From Chiloscyllium plagiosum (Eukaryota), in contig NC_057719.1 in assembly GCF_004010195.1 (NCBI RefSeq), positions 31,384,370-31,448,369 on the forward strand: a DNA stretch of 64,000 bases, written 5' to 3'. Made by a program: the position numbers and the translations under genes. Shown one piece after another: positions 23,908 to 37,755 of the stretch. The notes beneath the pieces were generated by a model that saw only the letters and a list, made by a program, of their open reading frames with translations, was not told the DNA's origin and did no database searches. The stretch's first letter is position 1, and each line of letters opens with the position of its first letter.

Positions 23908-24529
23908 CACAATTTGATTCTGTCACAAGTGAGCCTCAGTCCTCACTAGCTATAAAATTTTAACAAGTTTTCTGGATAGCTATTTGGATTGTGAATAATA
24001 GGTATTATTTTTGCCAAAAACCTGACCTGAAATGCTACACTTGATGCGATCTGTAAACCTGTCACAGCCCTTCAGCTTCCTGGTGGCATATTTACTAGCT
24101 AATCTATCTGAAAGTGACTGAAACACACTTTGAAGCTATTGAGGATATAATCTTAACATGACATTAAACCACTTTTTGATTTCATTTCAGTTTATTTACA
24201 CATTAGCATGCTTTACAGATTACATCTTTGCAGTTTACATGTTTACAGCTATTTAGTTTTACTACATCTTCTAATGCACAAATAGTTCAAGTGTAAAACA
24301 ATATGTTTCAATTTTAAATCAAGATGAACCTGTTATTACTGTTAACACATTGTAGTTTTACCAAGTAAAGAAGCAAGATATCAACTAAATACCATGACTT
24401 TTGCTTCTGGTGGAATCTTCAAAACTGGTGGATCGTTAGTGTTTCAAACTAGGTTTTATTTGTCTTCATTGATATTTGGAAACATTAATAATTTTAAAAA
24501 AGGAAAATCATAAGTTGACTGAAACTGAA

Positions 24530-27500
24530 GTGGCCCTTGGAATATTAGTCCAATATTCCATGAACTGGAGCAGTTCCTACAGATTGGAAGGTGACAAATG
24601 TAACCCTGTTATTTGAAAAGGGAGGAAGAGGGAGAACTGAGAAGTAAAGTCCTAAGATCATGTGATGATACTGTGACGATATGATGGTTGATACTATGGG
24701 AGAGAGGTGCTGTGCAATCTATATGGAGCCAATAAAGTAAACAGTTTGGGGCCTTGTAGTGTCTTTTTAAAGTTGGAATAATAGAAACAGCCTGAATGGT
24801 AGGAGTCAAGCTCCCACAGACCCAGGATTTTAAGTTTAAGTTTTCCAGTTGTTGCTGGGATCTTGAAGCTGAATATGGAAGCTACTTTACCCCTCTCTGT
24901 TACAGCTAAAAGCTTGGCATTTTCTTCCTGCTGCTAGAATTGTATGTGAAACCATCTGTTCTACTGAATTTGCCCTTGCCAAAGGTGTGTTTATGTGATG
25001 TTACTATTTTGGAACAGTTACTATTTAGTTAGATAATTTATTATTCTGTTAAGTTTTCCAACAGAGTTGCTGTTTAATTTCTCCTTTTTTTGTCTTTTAC
25101 ATGTGCATGAATAAATTGTGTTCTGTGCTTCAACTGGTAGTTTGACTAATCGAATTGCATTCAGAACTTACACTTGCCTTTAAAGTAAGGAAAAGTTAGG
25201 GTCTAGGCTATCTTATTAATATTTTGGGGGTGGGGGGGGGGGTTTGGTTTGGTCTGGTCCATACCATCAGAAATTGGGGAAATGCTAGATGTGAAAATAA
25301 TGCATTTGAAAAGCATTAATGGGATTAGACAAAGCCAACATAGGTTGATGAAAGACAAATGATATTTCACAAATCAAGTTTTTGGGGATGTAAATAGAAT
25401 AAATAAAGGCGAGCCAATGGATTTATTTAGATTTTCAGAAGGCATTTCAAAAAGGGGTTCGTGGGCAGCATTAAAGTATAGGTGGTAATATATTTGAGTG
25501 GTAGGCAGTGTGACTTGTGGAGAATTACAGGATCAGTGCTTGGTCCTCTGCTATTTGTGGTATAGCTGTTAAGAGTACAGATTTGAGATGGCCCAGGGAA
25601 TCCCTTATGGACTCAGACCTGTAAGCCTCTCTCTAGGTTCGTCCCGGCGATCTTTGGAAGTCTGGAATAAAAAACCCTCTTACAGACAGATTAGTTTACT
25701 TTTAGTCATCCCTTTGTTTACCAATAGCGTCACTGTTACAACATAACACTGATACCTATAAGCTAAACTAACTAGGTTCTAATAACCTAGGAGAATAAGA
25801 TACCAGCTCTTCAAGTGCCCCAGCAGGCTACTCTGATATACTGATACAAAGTGGCTTCCTTTATGCAAAAGTTTAAAAAACATTGCATGTTCTTAATTAG
25901 ACAGACAACAATGAATGACAATAATTCATAAGGAAGAAAAGTTAATTGACAGGTCTGTGTATGCTTGACTAATCACTCCTTCAGGCCCTAAGCCATTCAT
26001 CACGTGGAAAAAGCATATCCAACCGAGTTAGGTGCCTGCCAGTGAGATAAGCTTCTATCATAAAGAGGCACCAGTCTGAGCTAATTGGAGAGGTCATAAT
26101 GTAAACTTACACAGCTCACATGTCTGATACAATTATTTTACAAAATGGCTTCTTAGCAAGGAGGGTAAACTTTTTACCATAAAATGGGTTCCTGACAGGT
26201 TATATGAGAATCTCTTCAATGTTAGGCTTAGAATGACTATTTTTTTAAAGCTAGGAGCAGACAATGAGAGATCACTGAAATCATTCTGTACCTGAGGCTG
26301 AAATGTTACAATAAGGTTGTATTTAAACTGATTCATTAGTCTTTGAATTAAATATGTTTCCTTTTCAGGGTTGTGATTCAAATTCAAATAAGACATAAGA
26401 TCTGAATAGTTAGAATTGACAGTGGGGCGGTCTGTAGAGTGGACTGCAAGAACAGCAAGTAAATTAAAGTTTCATCAATATTACCTTTTACAGATTTGTA
26501 TTTAATAACCAGTAATGGTTACTCAATATCATCATAAAGTCCCAAAATGCAATTAAATTCACTCCATAGCAGGTGAGCACTAAGAGTTAATTTTCTACTG
26601 GCTCCAACAGCCTCAGCACGAAAAAAGTCCCTTTCTCTAGTATCCTTTTGAATCCTCAAGTCAGGGTCTTGTAACAGCAAAGATTTTTTTTCTCTCTGCG
26701 TCTGCCCTGTTTGCAAGGGGTAATAAGAATCCATTATAACTGACAGCATCTGACGATTAATTACAAAGGTTTTAATAGTACTGAGTTTTGTTTCAGGGTC
26801 AGAATCAAACACGGTCATTAATTTCACAAGGGAATGGCTGTGAGTGTTATCACTTGGTGTTGTGTTCACGCAGATTCACTGATGCTAAGGCAAATGTTCT
26901 TAATTGCCTTACAGCATCCCGTTATCACTTGGTGAGCCCAGATGTCCCTATCTTCTGCATTCCTTGAGTTCCCCTCTTTTTCTGAGCCTTCCTGCCTGCC
27001 TATTTTCTAATGCAGTAAATTGTATTCTATAATTCAGCATTACGTTTTAGTCTAAATGTTTAAAGGCTATAGACTTTCTCATATATAGATGACTGGGGAT
27101 GAGGAAAATGGATTTCCTGATTACTCAAGACTGTTTGGGGTTGGGAGGAGGCACCAAAGAAAGATTTAGACAAGTTGAGTGAATGGGCAGACACATGGCA
27201 GATGCAGTACAATGTTGCCAAATGCTAAGTTATACACTTTGATGTGAAAAACAGAATATTATTTAAATGATATATTGTAAAGTGTGGATATGCAAAGGGA
27301 TCTGGGTGTCCTTGAGGAACGAGCAATTAGGAAAACAAATAGTGTTTAGTCTTCGTTGCAAGAGGATTTGAGTTCAGAAGTAGGTATGTTTACTGCAGTC
27401 ATATAGGGTTATGGTGAGACCACACCTACAGTATTGTATGCTGTTTTACTCTCCCTATTTATAAGAATATACTGGTCATAGATGGAATGCAAAGGAAGTT

Positions 27501-27960
27501 CACTCAGCTGATACTCTGAATGGCAGGCTGTAAGAGGAGAAACTTTTTCAATCGGACCTGTATTCACTAGATTTTAGAAACTGGGAAGGGGATCTGATTA
27601 CAATAAATGATTTCAGAAGTACAGGACAGATTAGATGGAGGGAGGATGTTTTCCCTGATTGGAAAGTCTAGAACCGGGGGATATGATCTCAAGATATTTG
27701 GGGGGGGGGGGGGGCGGTGCAGGGTAGACTGTTTAGAACTGCGATGAGGAAACTTTTTTCAGTCAAAAGCTGATAAATCTGTTGAATTCTCTACCACGGA
27801 AATCTGAATATATTCACATAGTGATGGTCAAATCTTTAGATTTAAAAGCATCAAGCAGGAATATAGCATTATGATAGAGGATCAGCCATGATCAGACTGA
27901 GTAGCACAACATGTTCAAAGCACTGAATGGTCTACTGTTACTCCTAGTTTCAATGCTTAC
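24530..27960 (+). mobile_element. Degenerate CR1 LINE interrupted by two insertions
   Basis: CR1-like segments at ~24530-24660, ~25270-25560 and ~27085-27960, separated by non-CR1 blocks. Confidence 0.65.
24661..25267 (+). mobile_element. Probable solo LTR
   Basis: Begins TGTGATG and ends near CCATACCA; ATCA-like duplication at the flanks; internal AATAAA near 25110; interrupts a CR1. Confidence 0.4.
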
Positions 27961-29381
27961 CCAAGTGAATGATTTTATAAAAATGCATCTAGTGATAATA
28001 GATGATGTGCAAAACAGCAAATGCTGCTGACTTTTGTGCAAGAAAGCTAAAGGTTATATTCTTTTAAACACTTCCCTGGTTTGACCTTGAAAGGCAGTTA
28101 TAAACACATTTATTTTGCTAAAAACTTTAAATAAAACTTAAATGACATCTATTTTATTCTTTTTACAGTCACCTACAGTGAAATGCATAGAATAGTCGTT
28201 AAATTGTTGTGACTAATCTATAACTTTGAGATTTAAACAGAGAATCACTTTAGCTTTTTTTGAAACAGTTTTCTTCTGTTCTTAATCCAAATGATAAAGT
28301 ACATTTTTCAATTTGTTTTATTCAAAAGAACACGTTTTCATAATCAGGAACAATTTAGGATTCATCATGATAGTTTCATCACAATAGCTTGGTATTAATT
28401 TGCTCATGGTACATACAGCAGTAGCTTACCTGACCTGACTGATGCCACTTTGGAGTGACGTCTGCCTCTCTGACTTGAGGCTGTTTCCAACTTCCTGGCT
28501 TCTGACTGTTTGAGGCTTTCAAAATCCACTAGATTCAATTTGCCTGTTAGGACTGCTATCTGTTCCTGCCACGCCAAATGGCATTCAGCCACATCCCCAC
28601 AGGAGCCACTGAGACACTTTGAAACATAACAGCATTCCCAGTCACTCCCTTATATTGGCCCAGTCTGACCTTGGCAGGCCTCTATTCTGTGGAGCGCTGG
28701 GCACTGTCATGTGACAGTTTCCACACTTTTTCCCTCAAAGCAGTAGGGTCCCTTGGCATACTGTGGCACACAACCAACAGAATGACAGTGGACAGCCACA
28801 AACTCCATCTGAACTACCCAGTTATTGCCTGTTACCCCACTGCCCATACAAAAATCCAGCAATCCCTTACACTCTTTCCCCCCCAGCTGCATGCCACAAT
28901 CTGATGTATGACCTCTTGTGCTGGCCAGCCATGTATAGAGAGAGAGAAGGAAATAGTAGCAAACCCAGATGCAATTGATAACCTGCTACACAGCAGGAGG
29001 ACCAGGGAAGCCAGCCAGGAATCACAGCCTATTGAACAACGTGCTGAGAAGATCCTATTGGTGATGCCGGCCAGCAAGAAGGGTGTTGCAGATCCCTTTT
29101 TAAAAAAAAGCCAACTGACAGCATGATTTTCAGGAATGCAACCATGACTTTGAGAGGACACCCTGTAATTAATTATAAGTCTTCAGCAAAGTTTTGACCG
29201 CAACTGACTAGATTTATTTAGTACAGTATCAATCTGATCATTTTAATGGTATGTTTTTCATGTTCAATTTTGAATTTTTATCAATGTGAGTTTACGCTCA
29301 TGCTAGCACATTAATTTCATATTTTCACAAAATTAGTCACTGTTCAAGGTCTGTGCTCCATACCAGACCTTTTTTATTTAC

Positions 29382-29553
29382 TCAAGGGCTATGAATAAAC
29401 CAGATTTCGTTGTGTCGATTTGGAGCAGCAGGATTGTTATAAACAGCAACGATGAAGGTATCATGCAGGAACTGCTCAGAAGTGTCTAGGTGCTGTCCTA
29501 ATTGGTTAATCTGTTGGAGAATTGACTCTTCAGTGGTGTTGCCGTTAAAGGGT
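29382..29553 (-). CDS. soul4: Nested SOUL-family gene, last coding exon
   Basis: ttctgcttgtgcag acceptor; (R)PFNGNTTEESILQQINQLGQHLDTSEQFLHDTFIVAVYNNPAAPNRHNEIWFIHSP-stop (SOUL C-terminal Y..P....RxNE[IV]W); AATAAA at 29373-29378 just after the stop. Confidence 0.92.
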
Positions 29554-32214
29554 CTGCACAAGCAGAAAATGATGAACAATTAGGATTCTTGTTTACTTTT
29601 CTGATGAATTTCAAAGTTTGACACCTTTTTAAAGCACCAGAATGCATTATGATTTTCCCAGATAGTTACTAAGTTTTGTTTGAATGTCTATTGTAACGAA
29701 TTACAATTCATGTCTTTTTGTACACATATATCTATTTACTATATTAAAAATTTTGATAGCTTTAAAGAAATGAGAAACTCCAATATCATGCTGTTCTAAT
29801 CAAAAAGCCCACATTAAAATCAGAGTTTCCTGACCTATTGGCCAGGGATTGTGAGAAATGATATTGCAGTTGAGTTCCAAGGCAGCAGTGACTGCCATGG
29901 AATTCAAACTTATTGTGGGTGTGGCCTTATGGGCTCCTTTTTTTCATTCATTCACAGTATGAGTGGTGTTGTCGGCCAGCATTTATTACCCATCCCTAAT
30001 TGCCCAGAGGGCAGTTAAGAGTCAACCACTTTGCTGTGGGTCTGGTGTCACATACACGCCAGACCTGGTGTGGAAGGTAGTTTCCTTCCTTAAAGGACAT
30101 TAGTGAGCTAGATGGGTTTTTCTGACTATCAACAATGGATTCATGGTCATCGTTAGACTTTTAATTCCAGCTTTTTTTTAAAAATTGAATTCAACTTCTG
30201 CCATCTCCTGTGGCAGGATTCCGACCCATCCCCAGAACATTATATATGCCTCTGGATTAACACTCCAGTCATAGCCTAATGGTGTTATCTCTACCCCAAC
30301 CAAGCAGTGAAATAAGATCAGGGCTCTCTTGTGGTGCAGTGGTAGTGTTCCCACTCCTGGACCGAGCGACCTGAGTTCAAGTCCCACGTGCTACAGCGGT
30401 GTGTAATAACAGGTGGTTTAAGAAAAATAGGGTAATGCTAGGTGATAGTCTGCGAAACCCTATCTTAAGTGTGTTATCTATTTGGCACCAGTTATAACTG
30501 TAGGTGCTGTTAATGTAATTTGTCCTTTTCCAACCCCTCAATATCAGGTAAGCCAAACAATCTTTCAATTGTACTTGTTACTCTGACCACCCTAAAATAT
30601 TAGCTGATAACATGATTGTTGCCCTGGTTGGAGAAATGTCACCTTTCCACTCGCCCATCCTCCTTGCTGAGTTAGAAATTGAACCTGCACTTCCCCAAAC
30701 ACCATTAAAACCAAAATCAAGAGTCAGTTATTGGGGATTAGACTGAGTAGGTGAGGGAAGAGAAGTGTCCTTCTGAGTTACTGCTCCAGCTTAGTTAATT
30801 TCTCAGGCTTTTGTGTTCCTCTGTCCCAACCTACTTTCTTCCTCTGGAAGGTGGAAAGATGCGGAGCTTGTTTGATGTTTCCTCATTTGACTTTGATACT
30901 TGAAGCTTTGTTTCTGGGCTGTATCCATAAACATCCCATTGCCAGCTTAAAAATGGCAATGTTGGGGCACAGTAATTTCATAGTTATGCAACTGGAACAG
31001 CAAAGCAGACTTGGAGTTCAGATCTCACTATGCCAGACTGTAAAATTGAATTCAGGAAATCTGAGCCCGTTTTTAAAAATTGATTATTAAAATTATCACA
31101 TTGTTGTAAAAACACACTAGTTCACTTATCCCTACCACATCAAGTCTGTAGTCCCAATTTACTGCCTTCTGAAATGGCCCAGCAACCCACTTGGATACAT
31201 AAACCATTTTTCATTATCTTCCTGGGATAACTGTTCAGAATCTGAACAAAAACATTGAGAACAAAAAATATTGGAAAGGATGGGGAATTGTGAATGGCTT
31301 GTCAGAAAAGCATGTTCTAAATGAGAAAAGAAGAATTTGATATATGCAGTAGTTAATCAAGTCGCAGTGTTACCAGATATAGTGTTAAACACTCTTTTTT
31401 ATTTCAACATGTATTAAATGGATTTTAAAAGACTTATCTTAGAAGTGGTTTTATTTCATGACAAAACCTAACCTCAGAATATGAGCAATTACTTAGGTAA
31501 ATGACAAATTATTTGAGTGAGTTCGTCCCTCGTCAACAAATCACTGAGTTGTGACCTTTCTATTTGATACTATCTATAGTGTTAACAGAATGATTGTTTC
31601 AAATTAACAATTCAGTTTATTGTTTAAAAATATTCAGTAGTTTAAAAAGCTATTCAGCTAGCTGCAATATTATCAATAAGTTGGGTTGTTCAATGTCTGT
31701 GCTTTTTGTTGTGTTTAGATTTTTTGGCTTATTTCTGCTTGGGTCATGTTTAATTTGCCTTCTGCAAGACCTTTCAAAAATGGCAATGCTACCATAGACT
31801 TAAAAAAAAACACTTTATCATATTCTGTCATGTAATTCTGAAACTCTGTTCCTTACCAAATTTGAGAGGGGTTTGGCTGTTTGCACAAGTCTGAGCTCGT
31901 TGACACCAAGGAGAATGTACATTAGCAGCAATATCTCTCAAGGATAGTTACTAGTTAAAAGAAGTTAATGCAATTTTAATAAAACAGTATATCATGTGAC
32001 AAAATCTGCTACACAATAGGATCTTTGTTTGACATCAATGCACCAATGATTGCCAACTGTTCATTTGCACCACTAATAATTATTGACGTGTGCATAATAT
32101 TAAGCTGATTATTTAAAACAAGTTCTATTTTGTTTAGGCTGTGCATGCAGACTTCTAGAAATATGTGCTTTGTCAGTGATACATGTGCAGTCAGCAAACA
32201 TAATGTAACAACTA

Positions 32215-32770
32215 GGAGTAGGAGTAGGAATTCAACCCCTTGAGCTCTTCTGCCACTCAATACAATCATGGTTGATCTCATCTCTGCTTCATCTCCACTC
32301 TCATACCCACTAACCATAATCCTTCAACACATTAATAATGAAAAATCTGTCTATCTCCTCAAATTTAATCAGTGTCCTCACATCCACTGCATTCTGGAGT
32401 AGAGAATTCCATAGATCCATGATCCTTTGAGAGAAGTAATTTCTCCTCCCGTTTTAAATCTGCTACCCCTTATCGTAAAACTTGGCTCTTGTTCTAGATT
32501 CCCACACCAAGAAGAAATATCCTTTCTATGTCTCCTCAGTCAATCCCCTTTTGCATATTTTATTTCTCAGTTAGATCTCTCCTCATTCCTTAAATCTCTA
32601 GAGGGTATAGGCCTAACGTGCTCAATCTCTCTTCATCAAACAAACATCTTCCCTCTGGAATTAATCTTAGAAACCTCCTCTGAACTGTCTCAATGCAACC
32701 TGTAGGCAATAGCCCAGGTGTGGTTTCACCCAATGCTTGTACACTTGCAGCAATATTTCCCTATTTATCT
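32215..32770 (-). mobile_element. CR1 3' fragment (in the last intron of the nested gene)
   Basis: taggagtaggagtagg..caatcatggttgatct 3'-end signature shared with the 19815 and 57715 copies. Confidence 0.6.
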
Positions 32771-32903
32771 AATCTTAATTTAGCCAATCATCAATAATGC
32801 ATTGGTGTCATCAAATAGATCCTTTCCACAAGTCTCATCATTTAATATGGGCTAACTGTTTATGTACCCTGAACTTTGTTTAATTTTGTATTATGCAATT
32901 TAC

Positions 32904-33087
32904 CTAGTGTATATAGTGTGAGCAGGCCACTCCTCTATTGCAATTTCAGCATCAAAAGGTTGAGGTGTCTGATTTTGAAATTGTGCTGGCAGGTAGTAAG
33001 CTATGGTTACTTCAGGCTGGAGCTCTGTTCTGGTCTGGTTGGTGTGCACAATGGTAACGACAGGCAGTGTCATTCCTAGGAAGAGAC
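32904..33087 (-). CDS. soul4: Nested SOUL-family gene, coding exon 4
   Basis: cttgtttctgcag acceptor; 184 bp; (G)LFLGMTLPVVTIVHTNQTRTELQPEVTIAYYLPAQFQNQTPQPFDAEIAIEEWPAHTIYT(R) (SOUL MTxPV and YLP..Q..P.P motifs); donor gtaaat. Not in the ORF track. Confidence 0.92.
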
Positions 33088-33682
33088 CTGCAGAAACAAG
33101 GTAAACCAGTAGATTATTGGGCCCAAATGCAATGCATAACTAGGCAGAAGATTATAAACTCTGCTCTTGTGTTAGTCATCATTCAAAAAAAAGTAATGAA
33201 AAACTGATTATTTTTTGATTTCTTTTTTTACTTAGGAAATTTGAAAAAATTTGTCATGGCTTTTTAGCAGCCACTTAACAGGACAGACAAAAGTAATTGC
33301 TAATATCGTCTGCAAACTCATTACAAATACTGTTTATGAAATGTGCATTATTCAACAGTGCATGTTTAAAGTTTTTCTCAGTTATGCAAAGAACAGATAG
33401 TAAAGAAATAGAATACTTTTTAAGTCTTCCACAAATCTGTTTACAGTTTCACTGAATAATACATTGAAGATAGTAGTGTAATTGATTTAGTTTGAAATTT
33501 ATTAATCCAAGTAATCTACGACATTATATCTAGTCGTTCTGGAGGTTACACAGATGGAGGGCAGTTAATCAAAATAACTACAGCAAATAACAATATGACA
33601 GCATCATGTTCTTCCATTGAGCATTGTAAATTTACATTAGTATTATTCTTCTGCAGCATGAATTGTTATTTTTGAAAGTCAC

Positions 33683-33824
33683 CTGCTGAGTTTTGTTGGC
33701 AGATGTATTTCATTAATTTCATAAATCCGAGGCATGTACTCTGCTCATAGCTTGATTCATTCTGTTTTACACAAGCCCATTTTGCTTTCTCATATTGACG
33801 CTTTTCATAAAGTAGTTCTTCAGC
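33683..33824 (-). CDS. soul4: Nested SOUL-family gene, coding exon 3
   Basis: aatttacag acceptor; 142 bp; AEELLYEKRQYEKAKWACVKQNESSYEQSTCLGFMKLMKYICQQNSA-G (SOUL hallmarks YExRxY..KW and GFxKLxxYI..N..G); donor gtgact. Confidence 0.92.
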
Positions 33825-34571
33825 CTGTAAATTAAAAAAATAGAACACACAAATAAAAATTGTTTACTGCCAACCATGATAACTTTGGTTTGAGCAAATA
33901 GGGATGTAAAAATGGATTGCGTCTTATGTTGTGGTTCACCAAAATGTTAGAAGCTTTCAAAACAACTTGCACATGTTATTTTAGCACTGCATTACTAATT
34001 TAATATACTGAAACAATCACTGTGTTGTCCTGCCATCACTAAATGTAGAGCCTCGCTTGGATACCTTTTTGAGTTAATATTTGTACAGTAAACTATCTTA
34101 TCTGATACTCTACCAACAAGACTTCCCTTCTAATTGGAATTCCTGATATTCTCCTCATGCAAATTGTCACTTTACCAACAAGGTATCACTCAGAAGTTAT
34201 TCATAACCCAGGTTACTTTGGAATGGGGAAAGCTTTTGAATAGAAGTGTTGATGGTCCTTATTTGTCTAATTAGTGAATTATGAATTTTGTTTTTACAGA
34301 AAAATATCACATATACTTTTGGTTCATCAATCTTGGACACAGTACTATATTTTATAGTCTTTGTACAGTGTAATTTTTTTTCTAGCTCAACCATACAATT
34401 CAAGTAACTATTCCATTGCATTACCTGTCTCTTCTAACCATTAATAGAGGTTTATTCTATCTCACCTAGCATGATGATGACACAAGTCAGGATGAAGATT
34501 TAAAAAAATAACGTTCTCTACCTTCAAACAAAATGCTAACCCCTTTATAAAAGGACTTCATCATTTATTAC

Positions 34572-34663
34572 CTTCCTTTTATGACCTGTAGTCTTAAATG
34601 GAACCAGTTCCCTGTCATGAGATCGGTTATTTCTTGACATCTGTTGAATTGGTTCAGCCATGT
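34572..34663 (-). CDS. soul4: Nested SOUL-family gene, coding exon 2
   Basis: Minus-strand ctttcatctctcag acceptor; 92 bp; (D)MAEPIQQMSRNNRSHDRELVPFKTTGHKRK; donor gtaata. Phases 1/0 link exons 1 and 3 in frame. Not in the ORF track. Confidence 0.85.
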
Positions 34664-35639
34664 CTGAGAGATGAAAGCAAATAATGGTTTAAACATGACT
34701 ACTTTGGCTATAAAACTTTGAATCTAATTGCAGCCTCAACTCCTCTTTCCTTCAGGGTTGATTCCTTGATTCCCTTTTTAGATTAAAAATCTACCCAGCT
34801 CGGTCTTTAATATATTCATGGCCTAGCCTCCGCTGTTCTCTAGGGTTAAGAATTCCAAAGATTAATGACAGTCAGAATTCTTTTTCACTTGCTTTAACGG
34901 AAGATCAGTTATTTTGAAACTGAACCCTCTAGTTCTGGATTCTCCATGACAGGAAACATCCTTCAGCATCTATTTTGCCAAAACATTCAAAATTCAGTAT
35001 GTTTTAATAAGATCACCTCTTCCAAACTTACTGAAGCAAAGAGGAGATAGTGAGGACTGCAGAGTCAGAGTCATTAAATATGGTGCTGGAAAAAGCAGGT
35101 CAGGTAGCATCTGAGGAGCGAGAGAGTTAATGTTTTAGGCATAACCCTTCAGGACTCTTGACATAAGCAAAAGCTAACCTATCCTTAACTTAGTCCACCC
35201 CAGTTCTACACCGGCACCTCTACATAATACCTTCATAAAGATATTATCCCTTGCTCATAAAAAAAACCGTTTTATTACAGGAATCAACCTAGTGAACCTT
35301 CGCTGAACTTCCTCTAAAGTAATAAATCTCTTGTTAAATAAAGAGACCAGAATTGTACATTGTGCAGTTATGGTCTTATAAGCACCCTGAACCGGTAACA
35401 AGGCTTCCTGATTTTAACACTCCAAATGCCCAACCTCCCCACCTTTGCAATGAATGCCATATTCTGTTTAATTCTATTTACGTGCTCCACTTCTGAATGC
35501 TAACTTTTGCTAATTCATGTATCAGGACACCCAATAGTCTTTCTCTTTTTTTAAATAATTTGTTTTTCTCCTCTTCTACCAATCAATCTTTCAAACCTGC
35601 TCTATTGTTTGCAAGATTGTCGAGAGAGGGAGCTGTGGT

Positions 35640-37755
35640 TTACTAAAGAAGTTGAAGCAGTTGTCAAGAGGAAGATGGCGGCTTATGTGAGGATGAGGCG
35701 TGAAGGCTAAGTTAGGGAGCTTCAGAGTTATAAGTTAGCCAGAAAAGATCTAAAGAGGGCTAAGAAGAGCCAGGAGGGGACATGAGAAGTTGGCAGATAG
35801 GATCAAGGAAAATCCTAAGGCCTTCTATAGGTATGTCAGGAATAAAAGAATGACTAAAGTAAGATTAGGGCCAATCACGAATAGTAGTGGAGAGTTGTGT
35901 GGAATCTGAGGACGTAAGGGAACTACTTAATGAATACTTTTCAACAGTATTCACATCAGGAAAGGGCAATGTTAGTGAGAATATGGAGATACAGGCCACA
36001 AGATTAGATGTGATTGAGGGTGACAAAGAGGAGATTTTCGCAATTTTGAAAGATCTGAAAATAGATAAGACCCTGAGCTGGATGGGATTTATCCTCTGAT
36101 TCTCTGGGAAGTCAGAGAGGAAATTGCAGAGCCTTTGGCTTTGATCTTTGTCACCATTGTCGACACGAGTAGTGCCAGAAGACTGGCAAATGTTGTTCCC
36201 TTGTTTAAGAAGGGGAGTCGGGACAACCATGGTAATTATAGGTCAGTGAGCCTTACTTTGGTTGTGGGTAAGGTGTTGGAAAAGGTTATGAGAGATAGGA
36301 TCTATAATCATCTGGAAAGGAAGAATTTGACTAGGGATAGTCAACATGGTTTTGTGAAGGGTAGGTCATGCTTCACTACCCTTATTGAGTTCTTTGATAA
36401 GATGACAAAACAGTTGGATGAAGGTAAAGCAGTTGTTGTGGTGTATGTGGACTTCAATAAGGTTCCACACAGTAGGATATTGCACAAAATACGGAGTTTC
36501 GAGCTTGAAGGTGATTTAGCGGTTTGGCTTAGAAATTGGCTCGCTGAAAGAAGACAGAGTGATAAGATGACAAAACAGTTGGATGAAGGTAAAGCAGTTG
36601 TTGTGGTGAATGTGGACTTCAATAGGTGTTTGATAAGGTTCCACACGGTAGGATATTGCACAAAATACGGAGTTTCGAGCTTGAAGGTGATTTAGCGGTT
36701 TGGCTTAGAAATTGGCTCGCTGAAAGAAGACAGAGGGTGGTGATTGATGGGAAATGTTCATCCTGGAGCTCAGTTACCGCAAGGATCTGTTTTGAGGCCA
36801 CTGCGGTTTGTCATTTTTATAAATTATCTGGATGTAGGCATAAAAGCATGGGTTATAAATTTGCGGATGACACTAAGGTAGGCAGGTTTGTGGATAGTGC
36901 TGAAGGATGCTGTGGGTTACACAGTGACATAGATAAGATGCAGAGCTGGACTGAGAAGTGGCACATGAAGTTTAATGTGGAGAAGTATGAGATAGTTCAC
37001 TTCCAAAGAAGTAACAGGAATGTAGAGTACTGGGCTCATGGTAAAATTCTTGGCAGTGTAGATGAACAGAGAGATCTGTGTCCTAGTGCATAAATTTCTG
37101 AAAGTTGCCACCCAGGTTGATAGGGTCATTAAGAAGGCATAAGGTGTGTTGGCGTTTTTTGGTAGGGGGAATTGAGTTTCAGATCCAAGAGGTCATGCTT
37201 CAGCTGTACAAGACACTGGTAAGGCTGCACCTGGAGTACTGCATACAGTTCTGGTCACCGCATTATAGGAAGGACGTGGAATCTTTGGAAAGGGTTCAGA
37301 GGATATTTACTAGGATATTGTCTGGTATGGAAGGAAGGCCTTACAAAGAAAGAGTAAGGGAACTGAAGCTGTTTTTGTTGGAGAGAAGAAGGTTGAGAGA
37401 TGACTTATTTGAGACGTATAAGATAATGAGAGGGTTAGATAGGATGGACGATGGAGAGCCTTTTTTTCTTGGATGGTGAAGGCTAACATGAGAGGACGTA
37501 ACTTTAAATTGAGGGGTGTTAGATTTAGAACAGATATTAGGAGTAGTTTTTTCACTCTGTAGTAGGGGTGTGAAACAGCCTGCCTGCAACAGTAGTAGAC
37601 TCGCTGATGTTAAGGGCATTTAAATGGGCTTTGGACATTAATATGCATAATGATGGAACGGTGTAGGTTAGATGAGCATCAGATTATTTTCACAGGTTGA
37701 TACAACATTGAGGGCCGAAGGTCCTGTACTGCGTTGTAACGGTCTATGTTCTAAT
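35640..37755 (+). mobile_element. CR1 LINE ORF2 (RT) with 3' end, frameshifted
   Basis: ANVVPLFKKGSRDNHGNYRSVSLT, DSQHGFVKGRSC, YKFADDTKVG, QLYKTLVRLHLEYCIQFWSPHYRKD; ends in a ctatgttcta tail. Confidence 0.9.

Noticed and set aside
30320..30400. tRNA-like sequence with A/B boxes (also at 23668 and 46140-46205)
   Set aside because: No complete cloverleaf; these are tRNA-derived SINE heads.
36135..37479. Long RT-like ORFs as a possible active or domesticated gene
   Set aside because: Frameshifted, 5'-truncated and internally duplicated CR1 ORF2.
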